Source: Felis catus (taxonomy: Eukaryota). From it: 64,000 nucleotides of DNA. Both the position numbers and the translations under genes were made by a program. A model generated the notes under the pieces. That model worked only from the letters and a program-made list of their open reading frames with translations, searched no databases and was not told the DNA's origin. Numbering within the stretch: position 1 is the stretch's first letter; each line of letters opens with the position of its first letter. This document shows, piece by piece, positions 26,669 through 39,494 of the stretch. The stretch covers positions 178,438,001 to 178,502,000 of the forward strand of contig NC_058368.1 in assembly GCF_018350175.1 (NCBI RefSeq), in the 5' to 3' direction.

Positions 26669-27393
26669 CAGGTCCCCCCCACATTGGGAAAGTTTGTGTT
26701 ATGTTACTTCACTTTTACAGAAGACCCACATTAGTACCTACTTCCCCTAACTGAAAGAAATGTGAAGAAGAGTTTTTGCCTTTGCAAACAAAGGTGAAAG
26801 CGAAAAGAGCCTGCAGTGTTGGTTTCGCAGAGGCCCAGCACGCACCAAGAGCAGCGAGAGCGGCCTCACCAGCTCCTTCCCCGGGAACCACGCTCAGCAT
26901 CTCAGCGTCAAGCCACCACAGCTTTGAACCGTGTCTGTGAGCATCTGTGCTTTATCTCCATTTATTTTGTGCATCCATTGGCAAGATGCGGCCTGGGATA
27001 TCAAAAAAGCCTAGGAGAGGTGGTTTTTGGGGGTCTGGGAACGCTCAAAATTTCTTCCGTATAAGTAACTGCTTCTTCACTTTATGCCATTTGGCCTTGG
27101 GAGACGTGTCATAGAAGCTCTCTACTTTCCTTCTTTTTTTTTTTTTTTTTTAATTTTAACATTTATTTATTATTGAGAAACAGAGAGAGACAGAGCATGA
27201 GCAGGGGAGGGGCAGAGAGAGAGGGAGACACAGAATCTGAAGCAGGCTCCAGGCTCTGGTTGTCAGCACAGAGCCCGACACAGAGCCCCAACTTGGGGCT
27301 CAAACCCACGGACCGTGAGATCATGACACTTAACTGACTGAGCCACCCAGGCACCCCTAGAAGCTCTCTACTTTCATACAGTGGGGAGACCTG
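26669..27393. mobile_element. Tc1/mariner-Tigger-type non-autonomous DNA transposon, interrupted by a Can-SINE
   Basis: TA|CAGGTCCCCCCCAC..GAAAGT on the left and ACTTTC..GTGGGGAGACCTG|TA on the right: imperfect terminal inverted repeats with a TA duplication. Confidence 0.8.
27130..27357 (-). mobile_element. Can-SINE (SINEC_Fc-like)
   Basis: Poly-T tail and body. Perfect 18-bp TSD TAGAAGCTCTCTACTTTC at 27112-27129 and 27358-27375. Confidence 0.97.
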
Positions 27394-28899
27394 TACCTTC
27401 CCTGCCTGGCGGTCTGTGGCACAAGCAGGACTTAGTCCCAGGCCTCCTGACTCCACGAGGGGTGCTCTTCTGCCCGATGCCTCCAGTATGAAGAGTAAAG
27501 GCTGAAGGCTGGGGGAGAGAGGGTCAGGGACTTGCCCCCCTCACCTCAGCTCCTGCAGGGCCAGACAGGGCTCTGACACTGCCTTCTCTGCAGCCTCCAC
27601 TCCTCCCACCTGGCTGCCAGGAGGCCTCTAGCAGAGAAGTGAAAAATGAGCCACTAAATGTATTATGACTTGTGAGGCTGTCTTAATAATTAAGTTTTAT
27701 TAAAACGAACACCGAGAAATTTCCTGACACGGCTTGCCTGGCAGAGCTCATCAAAAGGTGATAAATGGGTTCTGAGGAAAGAGAGATGTAGAGGAGGGGA
27801 GAAGGGACACAGGGAGGGCCTCAGGGCAGGGCAGCTGGAGGAAGGAGGCCTGAGCCCCCTTCCCCCAGCAGCACACAGGGCCAGGCCTGCTGCCTTCCGG
27901 CTTCTGCTGGGATTACTGCCTGGGGCCGGGGACTTGTGGGATGGCATGGTGGGTGAAGCTTCTTTGTCAGAACAGACTTCAGAGCCCAGCTGGGCCACTG
28001 CTGGCTGTGACAGCTGGCCTCTCTGAGCCTTCCTGAGCTTTAAAAGAGGGATGAGAATTTTCTTTGTCTAAACAGTGAGCAGCCATCCCTTGTAGGCAAG
28101 TTGGCCGCTGCTTCCACAGACGGTTGCCAAGCTATTCACCAAACCAACGGTGGCTTCTTCCGGAAAAGGCTCTGGGACTGGCGGATGAGGTTACTTAAAG
28201 CAATTCCGTTATCTGGATCTTCTCTTCTATAATAGTCACGTATTGCTTTTGTACAGGAAACCAACGGATACCTCTACCCCACCCACATCCTAGAGTGCTG
28301 GGCTGAGGGTCAGGGCAAGGTGGAGGGCACAAGTCAAACCAGACCCGGGTCCTGCCCAGGGAAAACCCACGGTCTGGGCAGAGAGCCGTGGGGCAAGAAG
28401 GGATGTTACTCATGGTGTGCATGTGCTAGGGGCTGCGGCAGAGGTGAACCCAGGCCAGCAGGTCAGAGAGGAGCCTCAGGAGAGGTTTACTGGACAAGAG
28501 AACACCTGAGCTGAGTTTTGCAGATTTGGACTGTTTAATAGAAGAAAGGAGGAAGTGGGGGAGGGAGGGACGCAAGGGAGAGCCCAGAGGCGTGAACAAG
28601 TGCTAGGGATTCAAAGACTTCCAGCTTCTTCTGTAAGGATGGAGTAGAATCTCTGATGGGCTCTTCAGTTTCTGCACAGGGGTATCAATTCTAGCATTTG
28701 CTGAGAGTTCTGCCCTCAATCAATAGCCCAGAGTAATACATTCTGGACCTCCCCAGAAAAGAGTCTTGGACCTCTCTTATCCCCACATCTTATTAAGAAA
28801 GAAGGAGAAAAGCCTGTGGAGGGAATTGTTATTTATGGAGGATTGAATGAAGGGCATTCATGTTCTGAAAGAGTCTAAGTTTTATCCTTGAATCAAGTC

Positions 28900-29340
28900 A
28901 GATCATCAGAAAAGTCGCACCCAAGGAAAGAGAGATCAATGGTACCAAATGGAAAGGCCAGAAATAAGCCTTAATGCCAATGGGAATTCAGGGCCAGATA
29001 AAGGTGGCTTTGCAATTCAGAGAGGAAAACATGACTCAGCCCAGAGGCTGGAGGAGGGTTGACTCGGCATCGGCATCGGCATCAGGAAGAAAACAAAGCT
29101 AAAGGCTCATGCCTCACCCCCAAACACTCATCAAATATTTGCATGCCAAACAAGAAAGAAAAAGAAAGAGAATACAAAACATAGGAAGGAACATGGATAA
29201 TACTTTTATAATATTGGAGTAGGAAAAAACTCATTCTGAGAAAAACAATGAATCTCAAAAGCCACAAAAGACTGACATATTTGATCACAAAAACATAAAA
29301 ATGTCTATATGTTGACAAAAGTCAGAAGAAAAATGATTGT
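28900..29340 (+). mobile_element. Old L1 ORF2-region fragment (decayed)
   Basis: A-rich; TTTTATAATATTGGAGTAGGAAAA..GACTGACATATTTGATCACAAAAACATAAAAA resembles L1M late ORF2. Confidence 0.6.
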
Positions 29341-29746
29341 GTGGCAAAGAGCCTTTCAGTGGGAAGGCGCTAAAGGGTTTTAAAGCAAAGGATTGTGGGG
29401 AAGTGGATGGAGTGGGGGAAGAGTTGTCATAGTTAGGTTTGCATTTGGAAAAAGCAAACAAAGAAACCTTCTCTGGCCACAGTAGGGATGGTGGAGTGAT
29501 GTGGAGACAGAGAGGTATGGGGATCAAGACGGGGTTGGTGCCATCGGCTTGAGAGGAGATGATGGCAGCTTGGGACAGGCCGCAGGGGGCCCAGTCAGCT
29601 GCGGGAGCAGAAACCTTCCGGGGGCATGATAATACAGCGGATAAAGGGCTGGATGCTAGCACTGCCATCCACTGCAAAGGACAGATTTGGTGGTACGGTG
29701 GGAGGTGTGTGCTTCTTCCTGGGCTTGAATTTGATATGCCTTTGAG

Positions 29747-29907
29747 CAGGGCCGGCCTCATGGGTGCGAGGCCTGTACAGTCACATCAAGCCCCACACAT
29801 GGTATAATATTCTTCTGTCGCCATCTTGAAGCCCTTAGTACATTTTTAGCAAGGGAACCTGCATTTTCATTTCGTACTGTGCCCAACAAATTCTGTAGCC
29901 AGTGCTA
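29747..29907. mobile_element. hAT-family MITE, MER91A-like
   Basis: Starts CAGGGCCGGCCTCATGGG and ends TTCTGTAGCCAGTGCTA. Perfect 8-bp TSD CCTTTGAG at 29739-29746 and 29908-29915. Confidence 0.85.
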
Positions 29908-30484
29908 CCTTTGAGCCAAAGGGGAACAGGTGCTCCTTGAGTAGTTGTCCAGATCTGTCGAGAGCCTGGAGGGGGCTCCTGGGTTGGAGAGGTACAAATA
30001 TATGCATCCACTGTTCATAGGTGGGGAGGGAAGCCGTGGGCAGGGACGCACTCACTTCAGGAAAAGGTTTAGGATGACACGAAGACACTTAAGGACCGGA
30101 TTTTGAGGTACTTATAGATGTAATGTCTAGGTAGGAGAGCATGTGAGGATAGAAGAGGGTGGAGGGCCGTAGAAGGCAGAAGACCATGGGAAGCCCAGTG
30201 AGTGAGTAGAAAGAGAGAGCCAAGCGTCAAACCCACAGATCAAGGAAAAGAACTAAGGCCTATCTGGTGGATTTGGTGCTGTGGAAGCCATTGGTGCCTG
30301 GGTATGTGCCATTCTGGGCACTGAGGGGGTTTGTGGAGTGGATAGGAGGGAAGTGGAGACACCTGGGCATGGGGCACCAGTTCTGGGGACAAGTGTGGCC
30401 CTGACTTGGAGGAAAGAGGTGAAGACCTATCCCAAGAGAGAGAAGGGGGAGGGGGGAAGGGAGCAACTCTTACCTTTATTTTTA

Positions 30485-30745
30485 TGAGCTACATGGATAT
30501 GTTTCCAAATTACATCATTAAGCAAAAAAGCAGTACAAAGCATTAGACAGACTAGATCTCTTTGTATACAGAATGGTGGAATGGGGGAGGGTGGGCTATC
30601 TGTGTATGTGAAGAGAATTTCTGGGAGGATCCCCAAGGTACTAGCAGCGATGGTGACCTAGAGGGAAAGGGCCTAGGGGTTCACCTTTCCCTTCCATGTT
30701 GTTGAACTGTTTATTATAACCGTATGTTTTTTAATAATAAAAAAC
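30485..30745 (+). mobile_element. Old L1 (L1ME-like) 3' end
   Basis: ACATGGATATG..TTAAGCAAAAAAGCAG..TTTTTTAATAATAAAAAA. Confidence 0.5.
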
Positions 30746-31395
30746 TATTAATTTGATGCCCTCAGGAAAGCTCTTGGACCCTAAAAATATTATTCAAAGG
30801 TTTTTTAAAATTAATGTTCAATTTATTAAAGTTACAAATTCATACAGACCCAGGTTCTTCCACAAGCTTTAAAGTTTAGTTTACAAATCTTATTATTTAT
30901 TTATAAGTCCAGCAAATTTTAACAATCACTTTTAAGGGCACCTTTGAGAAATGTTTCTTCTCATTTATAAATGGGTTTAATTAAATTGCTATAAACATTG
31001 TAAACTGCATTTATACATTTAATATATTTGAATCTCTTTTTAAGTACTTCAGTTGTCTAACAAACCTTCTTAAGTATTAAGTAACTAGTATAAATCTAAT
31101 TCATTAAACTTACAAATACAGCAAATCTTATATTCTTTTACAGGCTCCAATACTTATTTAAATTTAGTCAGATTTCAACTTAAAATCTGAAGTCACTTAA
31201 TTGCTCAATTAATTATTTTACATTAGAATGGAAAATTTAATCTATAATTCTAAAAGGCCACGTATTCTTAAACATTACAAATACATAAACACAGCTTATT
31301 TCAAAGCACAAATATTTTATTGCAAAGGGTATGATTCTCTTCTACACTTCTATTCTTAGTTCCAAATCTTTCCAGGGCTAGTATGTGCTCACCTA

Positions 31396-31640
31396 CTGTG
31401 GGCTGAAGCTCCTAGCTGACCATAAAACTCATCTTCCAGAGTGTAGGTACAGTTAGGTATGGCCATGTGACCAAGTTCTAAGCAATCTGAATATAAGAAG
31501 AAGTGACAGAAACACAAGTCTGGCCCATAAAAACCTCCTGTGTGCATTCCTGCCTAAACAGAGACATCCCCCCCCCCCCAGAACCACACATTAGCTAAGT
31601 CTTTTGTCTTATGATGGCTCCCTTGTTAACAAGACTAAGA
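31396..31640 (+). mobile_element. Old MaLR/ERVL LTR fragment
   Basis: GGCCATGTGACCAAGTTCTAAGCAAT..GAATATAAGAAGAAGTGA motif. Confidence 0.5.
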
Positions 31641-31831
31641 AAACTTATACTTACACTTAAGATCAATTCATCAGAGAACCTGAGTTAGCATTCTAAAATT
31701 TAAAAAGGGAAACTGAGAACAGCCCATACTAAGCATGTCTAGGATAACCTCTCTTGGGTGTGGTGACTTTCCCTAACTTTATACCTTTCTGAACTTTGAA
31801 AAAATACATATTAATTATGAGCCTGAGTTAC

Positions 31832-32016
31832 TTTGTTTGTTTGTTTGTTTGTTTAAAGCTAAGTTTGTTTACTTTGAGAGGGGCAGAAAGCGGGAGAGAG
31901 AGAATCCCAAGCAGGTCAGAACTGTCAGCACAGCGCCTGACGTGGGACTCGATCCCATGAACTGTGAGCCAAGATCAAGAGTCAGACGCTTCACTGATTG
32001 AGCCACCCAGGCGCCC
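31832..32016 (-). mobile_element. Can-SINE (SINEC_Fc2-like, internally deleted)
   Basis: (TTTG)n tail; GAGAATCCCAAGCAGG..GAGCCACCCAGGCGCCC. Confidence 0.9.
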
Positions 32017-32299
32017 TATGAATCATTTTTATGAGAACAACTGTACAGCTTTAACATGTATTCCAATCTGAACCCTGCCATAGTAGCACTCACCGAACTG
32101 TGCTTGAGGCATATGCAACTGACCATTTCATGAACCTGTCATTGCGTTTGTCCCTGGATGTCTTTCATCCCTCCCTGTCTCCCCAACATCTCCTCCTCCC
32201 TTTCTATAATTGCTGCTCCAAGATCCTAATTTCCTCTTATTCTCAGCATTGTCTCATATGCCTTGAGTCCATTCCCATGCCTTAAATGACTCCATCTTG

Positions 32300-33990
32300 G
32301 CTCCTCAGTGACCACTTCCACCATGGCTCAAACCTATGGCCCGGCCACTGTAGCCTCCCTCATCCTGAGAGGATGCCCTCCTAACCTGGACCATGGGTGG
32401 GGTCTCACTATGCTTCCTGCCACTGCACCTGCCCACCTCCGTACACCTGTACCTGCCTCTCCTTTCTTCCCGCTGGAGTAGAGAGCTGTCCCTCCTCCCA
32501 GCTAAGGCCCAGACTCCCACCCTTGTCTTGCTGTGATCCCTGCACTTTCTTACATGCCTGACATCCATCATTTTTCTCCCTCCTATACTATTTCACAGTT
32601 CCCTCTCACTTGGATACTTCTCATTAGCATTTTAAGCATGCTTCAGTCCATCTAAAAAAAACAAAATGGATTAAGAGAAAGTACTGCAACTTCCACGCCC
32701 TGTGAGCCATCTTCCCCTTTATCTCCTCCAGGTCACGGCCAAACTGCTTTTGAGCTGTCTACTCTGGGTGTCTTCCTGTCTCTACCTTTGTCTTTCCCTT
32801 AGTACACTGCAGTCTGGCTCTGTGTCATCACTCCACCAAAACTTCTTTCCCTAGGGCTGCCAATGATAACCACATCACCGCATCCAGTGGTCAGTTTCCA
32901 GGCTTGCTTTACTGGACTTCTCCGTAAAGTTCGACTTAAGATCTTCTGCATGTGAGACATTATATTCCCCTCTCTTCCCGAATTCATCCTTGTTTCATTT
33001 TCCTCTGTCCTGCCCGGCCGCCCTTCTCCCTCCTATGCTGGAAGACTTGGCTGCAGATGATTTGTTCTTCTCACTTTTCACTCTTTCCTTGGGGGATTTC
33101 ATCCATTCTTTTGACTTCAATCACCATCTCTTTGCAGATGAGGTTTGTATCTTTCCTCCAGACCTGTCCTCTGAGCTCCAGCCCCACATAGCCGCTTGCC
33201 GACTGGACATACCCACCTGGACATATACTGCAGCTTGAACGCATGCCCTATCCCCAGCCACCCACGTCTTCCTCTTGGGTGTCCTCTCTCAGTGAATGAC
33301 TCCACCATTCATCCAGTTATGCGATGCAGATTGGGGTGTCAGGCTTGACTCTGCCTTTCCTCTCCTGCCTCACACCTCATCTGTCACCATGTACTGTCCA
33401 TTCTTAACTCATAAATATCCGCTAACCTTCCCACTTGTCCTCATCTCAATTTGAAACACCCTAGTGCCAGCCGGGCACTGTTTCTTTCCTGCACCATTGC
33501 AAGAGCCCGCTCACTGTCCCCGCATCTGTCCTGCAAACCCCCTCACTTGTCCTTCAAACCACTGTTCATAAATGCGAGGCTTATCACTCTACCCATCCCT
33601 TCTAAGGCCCCTCAGTTGGTTAAATGTGACTCTTAAGGTAAAACTTTAAGTTCTCAGTGTGGCGTTCCTACCTTCCCCTGCCCAATTGCCCCGCTGCTCC
33701 CCCTACTCCCTGTGTTCCAGAGAAACTGGTCTTTCAGTGGCGGGAATGGATGATCTCCTTCCCTCTTGGGACCTTGCTTATGTTCTAGAATGCTCTCCTG
33801 GTGTGCTCTCATTCCTGTCTGACCAGCAATTCCTACTCATTTCTCAGATCCTAGTTCAGAAAGCTTTCTCTGCCTTCCGGTTCAGATGACATTCAGAGGA
33901 GTAGAGCCATATTTAATTATGTATGCATTAGTGTGTTGATTTTATCAAAGTCTGTCTTTCCCAGTGAACTATAAGCCCCTTAATGTCAGA
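32300..33990 (+). mobile_element. Long decayed L2 LINE segment
   Basis: C/T-rich strand with serial L2 motifs (CAGTCTGGCTCTG..CACTCCAC, CCAGACCTGTCCTCTGAGCTCCAG, CTCAGTGAATGACTCCACCATTCATCCAGTT). Confidence 0.75.
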
Positions 33991-34259
33991 GGCCCTGGAC
34001 AAGTGACTGAAGTCTCTAAGCCTCTGTTGTCTCATCTGTACAATGGGAATAATGACACATGCTAGGGAGGAGAATTCCAGGCAGAGGGAGTAACACAGCT
34101 GAGACCCAGAGTTTGGGAATGCAGGGAACGGTAGGAAAGCTGTTAATAGCCAGATGTAGCCAAAGTGAAGGTGGTCAGGTAAGTCATGCAGAGGAGCATG
34201 TGAGGTTGGGTTTTATCATGAGATCAAGGAGAAGTAGGGCAGTTACACGGTCAGATATA

Positions 34260-35100
34260 GTCCAACAAATCGGATGTTAATTGAGCATCTACTATGTGGC
34301 AATATTTGTGATACATCAGTGAACAAAATAGATAAAAAAAATTCCTTGTCCTGTGGAGGTTATATTCTAGTAGAAGGAAATAGACAATAAGTAGACTCAA
34401 TAAACAAATTAATTAAATAGAATGTTGAAGGAGATAAATACTATGGTAAAAATATAAATAGAGCAAGAAAAGGGAAATTGGGAGCTCCAGGGGAGGTGTG
34501 GGGAAGGTGGGTACAAGTTATAATTTCAATTTTTTTATGCTTATTTATTTTTTTTTGAGAGAGAGGGAGACACAGAATCCGAAGCAGGCTCCAGGCTCCG
34601 AGCTGTCAGCACAGAGCCCGACAGGGGGCTCGAGATCAGGACTTGAGCCAAAGTCGACGCTTAACCAACCGAGCCACCCAGGTGCCCCACAAGTTATAAT
34701 TTTATACAGTGTCCTCAGGGTGAGGCCTTGTTGAGAAGTTGACTTTTGAGCAAAAACTTTAAAAAGGTAAGGGAGTGAAACACATAGTTATTTGAGGAAG
34801 ACATAGTCCAAGCAGAGGGAAGAGTTAATGCAAATGTCTTGAGGCAGGAATATACCAGATGTGTTGGAGGAAGAGGAAGGAGCTCAGTGTGGCTGCAATG
34901 AAACACCTGAAGAAGAGAGTGGAAAGAGATGACCTCAGAGCTAAGAGGCTCAGATCAGCTTGGCTATTACAGTGAATTAGCTTTGGGGTGACATGGGAGG
35001 GGCTGGAGGATCTACTTTATGTATGTTTTAATTGTGCTGGCGAGGCCACAGAGAAGATGGAAGGTGGGCAGCTGGAGGCAGGGTAATCACTGGGCGTCTT
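34260..35100 (-). mobile_element. L2a-like 3' region, interrupted by a Can-SINE
   Basis: TTGAGCATCTACTATGTG..GATACATCAGTGAACAAAATAGA..CAAGCAGAGGGAAGAG..GAGGCAGGAA. Confidence 0.75.
34527..34688 (-). mobile_element. Can-SINE (SINEC_Fc-like, internally deleted)
   Basis: 14-bp TSD ACAAGTTATAATTT at 34513-34526 and 34689-34702. Confidence 0.95.
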
Positions 35101-35117
35101 AGGGATAGCTAATTCAT

Positions 35118-35830
35118 GTTTTTATGTAACAGAGTTACTGAGACATCATTTACATACTACATAATTCACCTATTTAGAGTGTATAATTCAACGCTTTCTG
35201 GTAGATTCACAGAGTTCTGTGACCATTAACACAATCGCTTTTAGAACATTTTTATCACTTCCAAAAGAAGTTTGTTCCCACTAGTAGTCACTGCTCATTT
35301 TCTCCCAAGCCCCATCTGCAGTCCTCGGTAACCACTAAATATACTTTCTGTCACTACAGATTTCCCTATTCTAGGCGTTTCATAGAAATGGAATTATATA
35401 AGAGGCAGTCTTTTGTCGAAAAAAGTCTGCAGCCTTTTTTTCACTTAGCTTAATATTTGCAGGGTTCATCCATGCTGTCGCACGTGTCAGTACCTCGTCT
35501 GTTTTTTTTTCTTTTCGTGGAGGAATGCTATTCCGTGCGTGGACTTACAGCACTTGTTTTTTCCTTTCAGCATTTGATGGATGTCTGAACAGTTCACCCC
35601 CATTGGCTGTAGTGCATAGGGTTGCTGTGAATATTCAGGTACAAGTTTTGGTTTGAACACTTGTTTTCCAGCCTTTGGGGGAGACACCCAGGAGTGGAAT
35701 TACTGGGTCATGTGGAAAATTCCGTATCTCACTCACTGAGGGAGCACCAAACTGTTTTCCACAGTGGCTGCACCATTGTATATTCCCGGCAACGGTGCAT
35801 GAAGGCTCCGTTTTCTCCACATCCAATCCA
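35118..35830 (-). mobile_element. Old L1 (L1MB-like) 3' region
   Basis: ATAATTCACCTATTTAGAGTGTATAATTCAA..TTTTAGAACATTTTTATCAC..AGGAGTGGAATTACTGGGTCATGTGG..CAAACTGTTTTCCACAGTGGCTGCACCATT. Confidence 0.85.
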
Positions 35831-35852
35831 GAAGCAGATCTCTGGGGTAGCG

Positions 35853-36030
35853 GATATTTATTAAATGAGATGTCAGGCACTATTTGAAGTGCTTTTCGTA
35901 ACTGTCTCATTTAACCCTCATAATCACTTGATGAGGATGTACTGTTATAACGCTGTTTTAAAAATGAGAAAACTGAGGCTCAGAGAGCTGCAGAGACTTG
36001 CCCAAGGCCACACAGCAGGTGAGTGGTAGA
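35853..36030 (-). mobile_element. MIR SINE
   Basis: ATGAGAAAACTGAGGCTCAGAGAG..GACTTGCCCAAGGCCACACAGC. Confidence 0.8.
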
Positions 36031-36079
36031 GGGGAGAGAGATGAGGGTGGTGTAGACTAAGGTAAAACAGATGCACATA

Positions 36080-36322
36080 GGGGTGCCTGGGTGGCTCCGT
36101 CTGTTAAGCATCTGACATCGGCTCAGGTCATGATCTTACAGTCCGTGAGTTCAAGCCCCGCGTCGGGCTCTGTGCTGACAGCTCGGAGCCTCCTGGAGCC
36201 TGCTTTGGATTCTGTGTCTCCCTCTCTCTGACCCTCCCCCATTCATGCTTTGTCTCTCTCTGTCTCAAAAATAAATAAACATAAAATAAAATAAAATAAA
36301 ATAAAATAAAATAAAATAAAAT
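36080..36322 (+). mobile_element. Can-SINE (SINEC_Fc-like) with (TAAAA)n tail
   Basis: 14-bp TSD AAACAGATGCACAT at 36065-36078 and 36323-36336. Confidence 0.97.
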
Positions 36323-36384
36323 AAACAGATGCACATGACTTAACAGAACTTATTCCACAGTGGGACCCCCCCATCTCCCTCTTC

Positions 36385-36900
36385 TAGTCATCACCCCTAA
36401 AATTAGCAGCTTTAAACAATACCATTTCTTGTCTCTCACCATCTCAGTGGGTGTCTCTCACTGTCTCAGCAATTCAGGAAAGACTTGTTTGGGTGTTGCC
36501 GAAGTTTCTCATACAATTGCAGCCGGATGGTGGCTAGAGCTGGGCCCTCGTTGGACATCCATCTCTCTTCATTCAGGTAGCCTTAGGGTGTCTTTACATT
36601 GTCCATGTGCACGGACAGGTTTGGACCTCCTCACAGCCTGGTGGCCTCAGGCAGACTGCTTACAGACCAGCTGAAGGCCTCAAGAGAGAGCATTCCAGTG
36701 AGCAGGGTGGAAGCTGAGTTGCCTTGGATGACCTAGACTTAGTGGGGTCATTTCTGCTGAACTCTATTGGCCAAACAGTCACGTGCCATGCAGATTTCAA
36801 GGGAAGGTACACAAACCCCAGTTTCAGTGAGAGGGTTGTCCAGATGACACTACAGATGATAACGTGGGATGCAGTCATCCTGGGAAATAGTCAGCCATGC
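36385..36900 (-). mobile_element. MaLR LTR (MLT1G/H-like)
   Basis: CACCCCTAAAATTAGCAGCTTTAAACAA..TCTATTGGCCAAACAGTCAC..CAGATTTCAAGGG. Confidence 0.7.
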
Positions 36901-37319
36901 CCACCCTTGGAGGAGGACGGCTCCAGGCCCAGCTCCTAATGGGTGAGTGCACTGTGACCCTGCACTCTAGGGGTTCCTCTGTTTATCTTCTGCCTCTCCC
37001 CTTCCCTCCCAGCCTAAGGTGTGAGGCCCTGAAACAGGACTCTCCCTGAAGGTCAAAGTCTAGCTTTGACTTAAGATGCTTTGCATGGGATGGTACTTTC
37101 ACAGGGATTTTTAGCTCAGCTCTAACCTGGGACTGGACTCAGGGCCAAGAGACATTAAATGGAGCTGAAGGTGTTGGCCAAATAGAATTCCACTGGCTAA
37201 TGAGCACTGGGGGAGAAAATTGACAGACATGATCCTCTTGGTGAAACAGATTTCCAGAGTGAGGTCCAGGCTGGACTAGACAGTGGCTATAGAGGGTGAG
37301 GAGGGCAGCAGAGGGAAGT

Positions 37320-37510
37320 ACACTTATCGGACAGCATCTCTGCACCAGGCACAGCCAAGGCACGTCTCAGGCATTCACCTCATGTCACCATCCCAGCAAC
37401 CCTATGGGGGCGGGTAGTATGTACTTCTAGAAATGAGAACACAGGGGCTCAGAGAGGTGAAGTAATATGCCCAGTCACACAGCTGATAGGAGGTGGAGCC
37501 AGGACTGCAA
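37320..37510 (-). mobile_element. MIR SINE
   Basis: GGCTCAGAGAGGTGAAGTAATATGCCCAGTCACACAGCT. Confidence 0.7.
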
Positions 37511-37789
37511 GGAAATTCTTCCAACTTCAACTTCTGTTAGAGTGCTCTTCAAGAGATATGCGCCAAAGTTACCCTTAGGTCCATTCAAAAGTGAACTGGC
37601 CCCGTAGGTGCGGTCCCATTCCTTCCATCCACCAGAGTGCACGGAAGTGTACCTGCAATCCGTGGGCAGCATGGCGGCCGTGGATGTCCGCAGACTGCCT
37701 TCCCCAGGCCTCAGCCCTAGTCCGGCACACTGAGGGACGCAACAAAGACCATTATACCGAGATGGGGGCTACCTCCCCTAATACAGTAA

Positions 37790-38720
37790 CTTTCCTTTAA
37801 AGTTAAATTGAGAAACTGAGTAGCTGGGCGCTACCCTTTTAATAGCCGCGGAGCGTAAATGCAGTTCGAGGGCAAATGGTCCTTCAGAAAAGAGCATTTC
37901 TAATGTTCTTTCAAATTGTCAATTTGGAGGGTGAAAGGAAATGTGATTAGGAGACCAAAATAACACAAGTTTTGAGACCAGCAAAAACGTTGACTGCACG
38001 AATGTGTAATTTAAACCACCAAAGTGCTAGCACATTCTTGATGCCAAATATACTTAATCAGTAATAATCCTATCCCTCATGAAGGCTCCTAATTTGCTTT
38101 ATTGCCTTTTTAGATTTGTCCCCTTTCATTTTCTAAAATATAATCATAGTTCAGCGACTCCATCTGTGAGTGCTCCGGCGACGAATTCTGGGTGGTAATG
38201 ATGTACAGCCAGCGAGTAACAATTCCTTAATCACGGCTTTTCCTCTATTGTCGCCTCATTTGAATTCATGGTTTTCAGAAAATTCAATTATATTTGCAAT
38301 TTCATCAAGAAATTACTCAGATAAATAACTGACAGAGTAACAGTTCATTTATTTGTTGGGAACGGAGCGAAAGGGAGGGGCGAGAGAGAAGAAACGGCAC
38401 AAGACAAATTTGATAAAAAGCGTCATGAAGAAGTTTTGCTTTGTCAAGGGGCGAGGGGAAGGGTGACAATTTTACACCTGCCCGTGTGAGCTCGGCCTGA
38501 GGATGGCATGTGACGGGAGCCCCTGAATGAGGCTTTCTCATAGATCAGGCCTAGCCTAATGTCCCTCTCTGGAGCCATCGCTGGCCTTTGCTGACATTTG
38601 TGATGCCCTGGCCCTCATTCCAGGTAGAAATTTATGATGGGACATTTGTGACCCCCCACTGGCCATCTTTATCATCTGAGTTTCATATTGGATTTCTGCT
38701 GCCATACCCACCAGGTGCTT
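37790..38720. promoter_or_regulatory. Candidate conserved non-coding element / enhancer
   Basis: Repeat-free, AT-shifted block with retained CpGs and many TAAT/ATTA, TGACA/TGTCA and AACAAT motifs. Conservation not tested. Confidence 0.55.
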
Positions 38721-39494
38721 TCTGGTTGCTGAGGAGAGGCATTATTTGGACTTTTATCTTGCCCATTAAGAGTCTCTGAGTTTCTACAAAGAAAATTAAT
38801 CATCTTCCATAAGGCAGACTGACCTCTGTTAGCCTCCTGCCTCTTTTAAAGAGATTCGGCCCATTATGCATCCACCGTCAGAGAAGAGCCAGTCACCACA
38901 TAATACGTCTGTGCTGGGCGCTCAGCACCCAAATCTGTTCTGTTCTCAGTCCCAGGTGCTATTAACTAGACTTCCTCCTGGATGTTTGCATGGGGATCAG
39001 GATTGCGGGGGGGGGGGGGGGGGGGAGGGGGTGGTAGAAATAGAGCCACAGAGGTGTCCGTCGGGTGGTAGTGATATCACCAGGCATTTTTGAGGCTGGC
39101 CTTGCAGACGGTTACCAACCTATGACAACGGCCACCGGCTCAGACTTTACACAGGGACTCTCCTGGGACAGACGACATCTGCCCCATGTTTCCCAGAAAG
39201 CAGATGCAATTATCCGATGATGACACTCATGTTTTCCAAGAATGTTAGCTGATGTTCTTTCAGACGAGACGTAGCCAGTCACAAGCAACGGGGACGTCCG
39301 GCTGAGGCAACTCTCTGGGAATCAGTGTGATACCCAAGGTTCTCTGCTTTGGCACAAGCTCTCTATCGGAAATATATTCCTCACCATTAATTAGTGTGCC
39401 GAGGTTTTCAAATTGAGATTTCTTTTAACAAATTCAGGGTGACAAGAGCTAAATGATATGAGTGCGCTTTAACCAAAGACCTCCGGGGACACGC

